A stretch of DNA of 64,000 bases from positions 10,881,337 through 10,945,336 of the forward strand of contig CM082586.2 of the NCBI GenBank assembly GCA_040954595.2, written 5' to 3'. Shown here piece after piece: positions 26,001 to 36,438 of the stretch (its first letter is position 1; each line of letters starts with the position of its first letter). The position numbers and the translations under genes are program-made. The notes below the pieces were generated by a model, which saw nothing but the letters and a program-made list of their open reading frames with translations, had not been told where the DNA came from and made no database searches. The DNA is from Balanoglossus misakiensis (taxonomy: Eukaryota > Animalia > Hemichordata).

Positions 26001-27131
26001 ACATTATCAGATCTCCGAAAGTGAAGAAAATATATAAATTTTGAGTGTTTTCTGAAAATGACGTTTTTGGGGCAAAAAGTGGCAAAAATGGCATTTTTTC
26101 TTGAGTAGGATCAATAAGACTGCTATTTCTGGAATTAGCACCATTTTTTACATAGGTTGAACACTTCATATATCACATGATCTCTGAGCTTTATGAAGAA
26201 AAGTTTGTTTTTAATTTTTTTTTCTAAAAACGGCCTTTTTGGGTAATAACTTTCCAAAAGGGCATTTTTGCATTAGGTTGGGTCAATAAATCTGCTTTTT
26301 TGGAATAATCACCAAGTTTTACATAGGATGGGCATATAAGTGAAGAAAATATATAAATTTTGAGTGTTTTCTAAAAATGACGTTTTGGGGCAAAAAGTGG
26401 CAAAAATGGCATTTTTTTTCTTGAGTAGGGTCAATAAGACTGCTATTTCTGAAATCAGCACCGTTTTTTACATAGAATGGACACTTCATATATCCAATGA
26501 TCTCTGAATATGAAAAACACAATTTATTTTTAGTTTTTTTGTAAAAATGACCTTTTTTGACCTCAAAAAGTGGCCAAAAATGGCATTTTTGTATTGATTG
26601 AGGTCAAAAAGACTGCTTTTTTTTTTAAAGTCACCACTTTTAACATAGAATTGACTTTCCATATATCACCAGATCAACTATTATGAAGAAAACCGTGTTT
26701 TTTAATTTTTTTCTAAAAATGACGTTTTTTTGGCAAAAAATGGTCAAAAAGGCAATTTTCTGTTGTATTGGGTCAATCGAACTATTTTTTTCGTAATATT
26801 CACCAAATTTTACATAGAATAGGCATATCATATGTCATCAGATCTTAGAATGTGACGAAAACAGTGTGTTTTTTGTGTTTTCTAAAAAAACACCATTTTT
26901 GGGTTAAAAATGGCCAAAATGGCAATTTTGTCTTGAGTGGGGTCAATAAGACTGACATTTTTGGAATCAGCACCATTTTTTACATAGAATGGACCTCTCA
27001 AACCTTCCTTACCAAAAATTCTGATTAACGGCATCTAGCTCCTGGACTAGGTCCCCTGCCCCATTCCCACTGCCATCGGCGCTACGCTCAAGGGCGCAGC
27101 CAGCGGTGGGAATGGGGCAGGGAACAGACTA
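23053..27131. mobile_element. Small TAG...CTA element with 9-bp TSD (AcademH-like), split by a foldback insertion
   Basis: CTTCACTTG|TAGTCTG ... CAGACTA|CTTCACTTG. Internal GC hairpin ccctgccccattcccac...gtgggaatggggcaggg at 27054-27122. Confidence 0.75.
23070..27041. mobile_element. ~4-kb foldback element with >1-kb inverted arms built of ~170-bp tandem subunits
   Basis: GAGATAGGTGCCGTTAATCAGAATTTTTGGTAAGGAAGG... is mirrored by ...CCTTCCTTACCAAAAATTCTGATTAACGGCATCTAGCTC. The subunit marker ctatgt(a/t)aaa occurs at ~23125, 23293, 23463, 23635, 23803 and 23973. The ORF track shows mirrored translations. Confidence 0.93.
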
Positions 27132-27235
27132 CTTCACTTGTGGAATAAAGTGCTCATTTCTTGTGTATCTGCATTTTGTCGATGTTATCGCTCCTCTGGC
27201 AGAGAAGCCAGGGTGCTAGCTGTTGGCTTTAATAA

Positions 27236-27489
27236 GGGACTGTTCAGAATTTACTTCCAGGGGGCGGAGAATTTTCAGAGGGGGGGGGGGACCACCCATT
27301 TTCTCCAAGACAAATTAGGGGAGACTAGACATAAAAGTCACAATAGGGGGACCATGGAAAATCCCCAGGAAATTTAAGGGGGGACCACATATTTCCTCCA
27401 CAATTTACTAGGGGAGACCATGGGAAAAAATCACCAGGAAAATAAAAAATCCTCCATCCCCAACTTGGAAGTAAATTCTGAACAGTCCT
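27236..27489. mobile_element. Poly-G MITE (Harbinger/Zator-like)
   Basis: TIR GGGACTGTTCAGAATTTACTTCCA / TGGAAGTAAATTCTGAACAGTCCT. The left flank is TAA and the right flank is TCA. Confidence 0.8.
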
Positions 27490-29044
27490 TCATGGTTGTT
27501 TGTTTGTTTGTTTGCCTGTTTGTTTATTCGTATCTTTGTTTGTTTGTGTATTCTATCTCATTTAATATGATGCTTCTGTCACATTTGGCATTTACTGTCG
27601 CATAAACAATGACCAAACCGACTCGACTGCGTTTGGATGCACGATGGACTTAAGAGTGAATCCATCGGTGTTTACCGGCCAAAACAAAACCGTTTGATTT
27701 CTTTAACACTGTTGCAACAAGTGAGACCCTAGTACATGTAGTATATAAATCAGAAGTCCGGTGCATGTTTGCCAGTGACACCTACCACAAAATGGTATCG
27801 CCCAAATAATGTTGGGCGCGCCCGTGGAAGTTATAAGCCCGGCGCTTTTTCCTCATGATTAATAAAACAGTTAACACAACATTGGAAATTCAGCCAATTT
27901 GTCCCTGTTTTGTAGAAATAGTGCGAGCTATACATGGCGAAAAGTTTTTCAAAAAATAGATCAAAATGGGAATTCAAATTAGTGAATATTATTGGCACTT
28001 ACAGAGTTTTAATTCAAAATAGAGGATTCATTCCAATGAATATGCAAGTCAAGAAGTCACATAGGGATCATGACAATGACCTATTGATCATGTCATGATG
28101 ATTATGTACAAGAGAGAAGTAAAAAACTGGTTATTGCTTGAATTTCATGTTTCTTTTTAATCAGATGTAGTCAACAGTCTTTCAACAAGTCTATAACATG
28201 ATTTTGAAATGATTTTCAAAAGTACACAATTCCATACGAAAATGTTACTTTAAGATTTGTAAATTTTTCTGTATATTTGAGTTCACGTGCATAGGCTGAC
28301 TCAAACATTCTTTGCATCAACATTTACCGTCCTTTCAAAAATCTTGCCTGTAGTCCAGGTTTTACATTTGCACTTAATAGCATTATAACACCATCATGTC
28401 ATCCACATGTTACCCTCACAGCCAGTCACTGTGTGTATATTGTGATTCATGAAGTACATGTAGTGCTACATATTTTTTGTGGAGATGAGACACACACACA
28501 CATAGCAACCGATAGACAGACTGCTTGATAATATGCTCTGACTGATCCCTAAAGCTGAAACTTGTATGTGTTTGTACATACAACACAAAGGAACTAAAAA
28601 TAGGGCATTCACATAGGGACCATTGAAAGTTTTCTGAAACATCTCAACTCAAACATTGACATAAAAAATACTTTGTGAACAATTAAAGTCTTCCTGGAAC
28701 GTTTCAGATTTGAGACGGTTTTGCCAGCCAGACCTGATCCGGTGTAATGATTAACACCTCTTCGCAACCCATTGTCTATGGGGCCGAGCCTCGCAGTGCC
28801 TATACATAAACTTTGTGTGTGTGGACACAAACGACTCAAAGGATTAATGCTCTGTGTTTACCATAGGCAAATAGTGTCTCAAATTTTTCCCTGCCTGAAC
28901 CTGGTATCTGAAATGTTTCTCATTTTACCCAGTGTAAACATGGTGAAAGACAAAATGTCCTATACCTGTATAACATAGATCATAAATTTATAATACCAGG
29001 GTTTACTTGGTCTGATTGAAGCTCTGTAATTGGTTGAAGCAAGG

Positions 29045-29442
29045 GTTTTTATTACATATGTACCGTCGATTACTTGCACCGAGCGCGCGCGTAACATCGG
29101 TATTTGCACTCAGTGCAATACCAAAAACATTATGCTATACCTGTATGCAAATGAGTGGCCTGTTCACGAAACAAGCAATATCATTCCGCGGTCTCATTTC
29201 TTTCATTTTCGGTCTTTTTTTCAAAATGGGATGAACATATGTAATAAAAACAGAACCCCATGGCTCAATCGTGCAAGCACGGCGTACCGGTAGTATTTGC
29301 ACTCGTGCTGGCGGTGTATTCTTGCTGCCCCCCGCACGAGCGACAGCGAGTGCGGGGGACGGGCACAAGAATACACCGCCAGACACTCGATGCAAATACT
29401 ACCGTTACGCCGTGCTTGCACGATCGAGCCATGGGGTTCTGT
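29045..29442. mobile_element. Hairpin-rich non-autonomous element (possibly Crypton-like) with a ~190-bp GC-rich palindrome
   Basis: An inverted pair ttttattacatat/atatgtaataaaa (29047/29237) is followed by the palindrome acagaaccccatggctc...gagccatggggttctgt (29250-29442). Confidence 0.55.
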
Positions 29443-30066
29443 CATAACATTCTCTACTAGAAGACCTGAACAGTAAATAACTGAAATAAAATACACAAAA
29501 GAGAATGCATCTGAATAGAACACAATTTATTAACTTGGATTGGTCATGGGCATCAGGGCGCTCTACTTAAGAAATTCTAGAACATGTTTGTACAAGTGGC
29601 ATTTTCATGAGCAGTGAGCAACGAGGCCTTTCTGGCATGTAATACTTAAAATCCAAACATCAGATTTTTTATCACACAAAATCATATTATATATAATGAC
29701 ATTATAAATGGTGTGCGCTTATATTTGGTTACGGATTTAAAACCTCTTTGAGGAAAATTTTGCAGAGAGGTCTTGTATCTACAACCAAATAACCACTATG
29801 TTCATATCATTCAGATTGCTCAGTACTATCAGCGAGTTCACCAGTGGTTTCCAGAAATCTATAGGCTAAACATATGCCATTTTCATTGTGCCTCCCCCCA
29901 TCTATTTCAATACAATAAATAATGGCTGGCTTGATTTTTCACCAGGACTTTTAAACAATAGTTTTTGTTAAGATATAGACAACATTCCAGATGTGTATGA
30001 AAACTCGAGGAAAATAATAACATTTGACCTGTCATCAGTTGTGAATTAATTAAATATTTTCATAAA

Positions 30067-30641
30067 CTACACATTATAATCAAATTTAAACTCGTATGTA
30101 ATGAATAATCGTCTCAACATAAGAGCTGCTAAGGCTAGACTCAACAGCACTATCAACACGAAAGAATTACTATTTTCTTGCTGACGTATCTGGCGATTAT
30201 TCTGATTTGATAGTGTGTCGTTTCTTCTTCTGGGTTGCTCATACCCTTGCTGGCTGACATTTCTTTGTCGTATGTTTGTCTCTGTGGTAGCATTGTCATT
30301 GGCATTTCTCTGGGGGTGTTTTCTGTGTTGGCAGTTGCAGGTTCTGGTGCTAGGGGAGTGTTGACATCTGCCTGGGGTGTTGCATCGGCTGGCGGTTGAA
30401 CGGTGTTGTCGTTGTTCGATGCCGCATCTCTGTGTCGTGGCGGCTGTCCGGCTCCTGCAAACGCAGCGTACTGAGACACGAATGGGTTCGGGTATGACAT
30501 CTGCTGGAAGTGTTGCTGGTATGCTGCGGCTGGATAGGGTGGGGGTTGTTGGTTCGCAGAAGCTACAGGCTGGGGTGTGTTTGTGCTTGTGCTTGTTGTG
30601 GCAGTATCAGCAGAGGTTGCTATGCTTTTCTTTGTCTCTTC
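30067..30641 (-). pseudogene. UBE2J1: Terminal coding exon of ubiquitin-conjugating enzyme E2 J1 (tail anchor), with a 1-nt frameshift
   Basis: Acceptor ttctttttatcctccacAG, then EETKKSIATSAD...PPPYPAAAYQQHFQQMSYPNPF... After a frame change it reads ...QQENSNSFVLIVLLSLALAALMLRRLFITYEFKFDYNV*, matching the vertebrate UBE2J1 C-terminus (VLIVILTLALAALIFRRIYLANEYIFDFEL, recalled from memory). Acceptor to stop is 575 nt, not a multiple of 3. Confidence 0.85.
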
Positions 30642-30941
30642 CTGTGGAGGATAAAAAGAACACAGTGTTTTTGCAAAGGTCGGGGAACACTGGTAATGGA
30701 TTTGGGAACCCCGTTAATATTCCTATAACCTCCTAATATAACCACATTGATACACCCAGGGGAACCCCGGTAAAATGACTGGGGAACTCTGGTAGACTGC
30801 CTGACCACTGTGACATTGGCCTTGTTCTGTTGTTTTAATTCGGAGTGACTGGGGTACTCCGGTAGATTTTATCTAGGTACCGCCCTTAACAAAAACACTA
30901 GAACAGAATCACAATTTGGAAGGCATGAGAGGCAAATACCA

Positions 30942-31210
30942 TTTAAGGATGTACACGCACAACATAAACTGATAAACAGTGCATGTGTGTCTGTTCCTGA
31001 AAGGATTACATCGATAATTGCCAGAAAACAAACTTCTACTATTGTCTTTTTCACGAAATTTTACACATAGCTCAGTCAAGTAAACGTAAATTCATTGGTC
31101 AAAAAAAATTATGTGGTCACCAAGCTCTATTATGAGATAAATTGCGTTAAAATCTTCGCCCATAGACAAACCATTGGTGAAAAATGCTGAGACAGCAAAT
31201 TTCTTCTATT
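30942..31210. repeat. Dispersed repeat (begins TTAAGGATGTAC), inverted relative at 40627-40990
   Basis: cttctactattgtc...aaattttacacatagctc...ccatagacaaaccattggt is reverse-complementary to 40800-40985. Confidence 0.6.
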
Positions 31211-32970
31211 ATCAACTAAATTCATGGCTCTGTATTTTTTTTAAAAAGGGCAATGACCCCTACAATTTTTAACGAATTCTCATTATACATACACAGCATA
31301 ATCCAAAAATCCACAATTAAAAGAATGACAATACTTTCAACGTGTATAATACCAGCATACACCTGTTTCAAGTCCAGTGTCCTAATACACCATCATCATG
31401 AATTGGAACTCAAAGCAAGGCCAATGAGCAAACCCAGATTGACAACTCATTACACCAGCAAAGTGGTTTCTTTATGGAAGTGGTGGTACCAATAAATACT
31501 TTATTCAAGGTAAGAATTTCTTATTGTAGCAGTATTTTCATTTCCATTCATGTTTTAAAGGCCTTTTTTGTAGATTCTGAGTTTCTATGCCAGACAAAGT
31601 ATGATTATTTTTCCACTAATGCAGCCTGAATTAAAGTCAACATTTTTCACCATAGGTCTTTCTATGTTATTTTTCTATAGGCATGGACACATTTAAGTTT
31701 ATCTCAAAACTGAGCACAGTGGTGAGCCTACAACTTATATGAATCACTCAATTTAATTTCATTTGGATGAGTTATGAGTGAAACTTCTTAAAATTACAAT
31801 AGTAGAAAAGGGTTTTCTATCAATTCTTAATGTTATCCTATGGGAAGAAACACATTCCATGAGCTCATACATGTAGTGTGTGCCATTCTTAACCCTTTCA
31901 GTATTATATGAATCAGATATAGAAGCTTGTTCAACGTCCCGTTGCGGCCAAGCCAATCAGATTGCACGTTATGTCAATCAAAACTGAAGGATACCTAAAG
32001 TTCTCTATAAGGCACCGTCTGATTGGTTTACTAGAGTTTTCAACGGGAGCTTCTATGGGAGTTGGTCAGATGTAGTGTGAGGCGACAGTATAAGAATACC
32101 GTACTGCGAAGTAAAAGACGTCGCCGTACCCTACATCTGATTTTAATCAGATTGTATGCACACATAAGCTGGTTTAGAATACTGATAAACCCTGATGAAA
32201 CAATCTCAGTAAAATATATACAGATGAGAATGAGAATGCAGTTAAAGTTAAATATACATTCGTTGTATCTTTTGGCTTTATTTCCAGTATTTTTGTTCTA
32301 TGTAGCAAATGCGATTTCATGTTCTACTCCACACAGATTGTTACTTGTCAGCACAGAATGTATGTGTATAATGGCCATTGTCATTGTTGACAATAATTCA
32401 TGGATTCTAGTCTGGACTTAAATTCCAATTTGGCACAATAACAATGCTGACCATACACATATATGTTTCATCATGTTTCGGGAATTTGCACAAGAAACTG
32501 CTAAACAAAGATACTGAAAACATAGGAAAAAGGTAAAGGTAATGGAGCTTTAATTACAATTCACACTGTATACAAAATCCATGTAAAAATTCAAAATACT
32601 GGATTTGTCAGCTTCAACTGATATGAGGGTCACACAAGAAATTGCTAAAACGTCTCAGATCAAATACTGGCATAAATTATTATTGGTGAATGGTTTAAGT
32701 GGTCCTGAATCTTCTCAGATTTGAGACACGTCTCTTACCAGGTTCACACAGGGTAAAATTTGAGACACTATTAGTCTATGGTAAACACAGAGCGTTAATA
32801 CTTTGGGGGGGGGGGGTTAGCTGGGCAGGCCCGCCCTCCTTTATTTTTTGCCACCCTGCTATCTTACGCGCCGCCCTGCTTTCTTTTCATTCCCGCCTTG
32901 GTAAATATTTATTGTTTCTGGTGCACGCTCCCGCATGCGGCTGGCATTTGAGAGAATGATATTTATTCAG

Positions 32971-34067
32971 TTTAGGGATGTTTTGTCGCCTTTGTACAAA
33001 ACACAAGCAGAAGGCCAAGTGCGGAGGGACTTGGGTTACAACATCTCCATGTACATGTACCACCCTTCGCGAAGACAAACTCAAGCAGCATGAAGAGACG
33101 ATTATCGACCGGGCGGCAATGCAGCTTGACGCCGAGGCAGCAGTTATCGAGAACAGCAGCGGTCTTGTGGCTGCATTTGACAAGGTCATCACCTTTGAGA
33201 CGCAAGCCTTCATGCATCGGCGTCCTACGATGCATGTATTTTCTCATGCACAGAGAATTGCCGCACACCACCAACTTCATCCATGTTTTGGAATTGGCAA
33301 AGTCCCTCGGGTGTTCATTCCTTGGTACTCTCAGCAGTGATGACCACAACTATAATGGTTTATTGCATTGGTAAGTAGGTCTACTGATTTTTGTGCAGAT
33401 CTAAATTGTAGGCAATGTAGTAACATTTATTTAAACCTGGTTGTTTTCAAGAAAGGATCACTGTTTAAGCAATAGTGTTACACTCAATAAAGAATAATTA
33501 CTGTACAAATTACTGTGAATTTTGATAAGTTTAATCTGAAGAGTAATTTTCATTTATTTTATTTTTCAGGCAAAGTCATCCGTGATGAGATTTTAGAGAA
33601 GATGAAAGGAAGTAACTTCTATTCACTGTTAATAGATGAAAACAACTAATGTGGCTGTATTGAAGCAATTAATCATCTATTCCAAGTACACCTTGAAGTC
33701 TGGGAAGTCAGTTGTGTCTTTCCTTGGAGTTAAAGAAGTAAGTGGAAAGTTTTTCAATTTTTAAGTCTACACTGAATTAAAAACATACGATTAAACATGT
33801 TTTTGAGTGACCTCATTTAATTGATTTTGCTGACTAGTTATTTCAGGTGAGACAAACATTGAGTTGTACATTGCATGTGTTAACATCAAGGTTTTATTTT
33901 CACTGTTTTAGGTTGGTGATGGCAGAGCAGACACCATTGCACAGTCAGTGAAAGAGTTTTCTTCAGAGAATGGTATTGTCTTAAGAGATCGTCTGTCTGC
34001 TTTGGGCAGTGATGGTGCTCCTGTTATGCTAGGACAGAAAGGAGGGGTGGCTACCAAACTAAAAGAA
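32971..34067 (+). pseudogene. Intron-containing hAT transposase relic (ZNF862-like)
   Basis: Exon 1 reads GMFCRLCTKH...WV...REDKLKQHE (TTF-type zinc finger) ...ELPHTTNFIHVLELAKSLGC. Exon 33570-33737 reads YSLLIDE-TNVAVLKQLIIY...FLGVKE. Exon 33912-34067 reads DGRADTI...LGSDGAPVMLGQKGGVATKLKE. Splice sites are canonical, and frameshifts occur at ~33210 and ~33641. Confidence 0.9.
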
Positions 34068-34875
34068 GTGAGTGAAATTTTGAGTTGTGAAGACATTGTG
34101 ATTTTGTAAGTTTTTAGTTGGTGTCTTTATATCGTGACAATAATAATAGTAATAATTAAAGCTGCAAGCAGCATTGAATGGGCCCAAGCATAGAGATAAT
34201 AACCATTAGACTCCATTCAGGGTTGTACCATTCAATTGCGTAGGCTGTATTTGCTCTGGATGTGGAGATATGGGGAAGTAGGCAACCACCCGAAATGGAT
34301 GTCCTACAAGTACAAACACAACAACCACAAGTGAACTTCTACGTTATGTAAGGACTTCAGTTAAGTACTTCAAAGGTCAGCTGAGGGTACCCAAAAATTG
34401 GGCCAAAAATTTGGATTCCTATTTGGTTCATATTCAAGACAACGGAAAATTCTCGCCCTTTGGGTTTTTAAAATTAGGTATGGCCATAATAATGAGTTAC
34501 GCAAGTAAGTTACAGGTGGCCCTAGGAATTTAGCATTTCATGACGGTCCTACCCTACCCCTCCAAACACGTGGCTATATATGATGTGCATGCTAACATAT
34601 GGAAAGCAGGTCAATGGACACCTGAGGTCATTCAAAAATTTGACAGAAAAATTTCATTCCTGTTTATGTCTTGTGCAACAAATCCTACATTTGCAGCCCT
34701 TTCACTTTGCCTAACATTAGGTATGCACGTAATACATGAATCAAGCAGGTGTCAAAGGTATCCCCCTGTATTTGGCATTTCATGATAGTTTCATCCCTCC
34801 AAATACCAAAGCTGCACCTGTACAACGGGATGAGATATGGCACTCTATGACAGAGGTCATCCAAATCACCTTATA

Positions 34876-35755
34876 CATCAATCAATCAATCAATCAGAGA
34901 AATTTGTATAGCGCCAGTATCTATAACAAGTGTCATACTCAAAGGCGCTTGTGCTCATTGGCCCACACCATATGCTCTTGCGAAATAATGCGTCTTCAGT
35001 CTTTTCTTAAAGATACTCAAACTTGGAGCTTGACGAATGTTCCACAGTTTCGTTGCAGCATGAGAGAATGCTCGGCCACCGTATGAAGAACGTTTGTACA
35101 TTGTAGTGCATAAAAGGCTCTTATTAGCTGAACGAAGCCTGCGACCAGGAGAATATGTCCGAATGAGATCGCGGATATAGTTCGGAGCGAGATTATTTAA
35201 GGCTTTGTATGTGAGCAGATTTATTTTATACTCTATCCTGTGGCGAACTGGTAACCAATGAAGAAGTTGAAGAACTGGCGTTATATGGGCAGACTTCCTG
35301 GACCGAGTTATGATTCTTGCAGCTGTATTTTGTGTGCGTTGTAGAAGGTTCAGACTGCGTTCTGGTATACCATACAGTAATGCATTACCATAGTCGAGTT
35401 TCGCTGCCAAAATAGCATGAATCACTGTTTGACATGTTGCTTTGTTAAGAAATTTCCTGATTTGTCCGACACGGCGAAAGTGGTAATATATTGATTGACA
35501 AGTTTTCTTGATGTGATCTTTATACATGTGCGTATTGTCAAATATTACACCAATATTGCGAGCTGATTTAACGACGGGAACAGAGCTTGAACCAATGGTA
35601 ATCTTGTCAATAGCATCAGCAGAGTGATGAAATTGTGAACGAATAAGTAGAATCTCAGTTTTTGGAGTCGTTGAGTTGAAGCTTGTTTTGGGTCATCCAG
35701 TCCTTAAGATCACGGATACAGGCCTCAATGGACATTTGGGCACAAACCAACTGAC
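34876..35755 (-). mobile_element. 5'-truncated L2/Crack-group LINE (RT C-terminal part)
   Basis: WMTQNKLQLN..KTEILLI, ARNIGVIFD, KLDYGNALLYG, HITPVLQLLHWLPVRHRIEYKINLLTYKAL, GGRAFSHAA..LWN, followed by a (TTGA)n tail. Confidence 0.95.
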
Positions 35756-36438
35756 ACTTACATTCGTCCCTGTGGAACAAAAACCAGCCCTATCGCCCTG
35801 TTGGTTAGTGTCTAATTAAATGTACAAAATCAATGACTTAGGCAGGTGCAACAGACGACCCCGCCTTTGGTATATCATTATGGTCCCATCCGTATATGCC
35901 CCCCCCCCTCCCAAGCCAAAGCTGCATGCATCTGCTGTGGATGCTCACTAAGCAAAAGTAGGTGAAAGGTCACATAAGGTCGCCCACAACTTGACGGGAA
36001 AATCGGACTTCATATTGATCCATGTGCAACAAATAGCACGCTACCACCCCTTTCATTGACCCCACAATTACGCATGCACATAATTATTGAGTTATGCAGG
36101 TGTCACAGGTGACACCCGAATCGGGTGTATTATTTTAGTCCCATACAGCTGCATGTAGCTGCGTGCCGTTACGGGCGACCTGATAACCCACACGGCCACC
36201 TGCGGGCCGACCCCCATACTGAACGTCCAGTTGCAACATCACGACTGAAGTAGGAACTTTTGAACGGCAACGAAGCCTGATCTCTGATTATTGCTGGTAC
36301 CATACTCCTGTCGTGCAAGAAAATCACTGGTCTGCTGACGTATTTCAGCCAATTTCCCAAACTACTATCCACTACATGTGACTACAATGCTAATGAAACC
36401 TCCCACAACATTAGCGACTTAGGGTCAAAGTCCACTGT

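Noticed and set aside
23279-26831. Mirrored ORFs on opposite strands (MICLFYVKFGEYYE...)
   Set aside because: They are a by-product of the foldback's inverted arms, with no protein similarity I recognise.
30153-30500. 115-aa ORF as a standalone gene or LINE ORF1
   Set aside because: It is the internal part of the UBE2J1 exon, and its C-terminus is the frameshifted reading.
31350-31515. Possible plus-strand exon ending caag|GTAAGA
   Set aside because: No partner exons and no recognisable translation.
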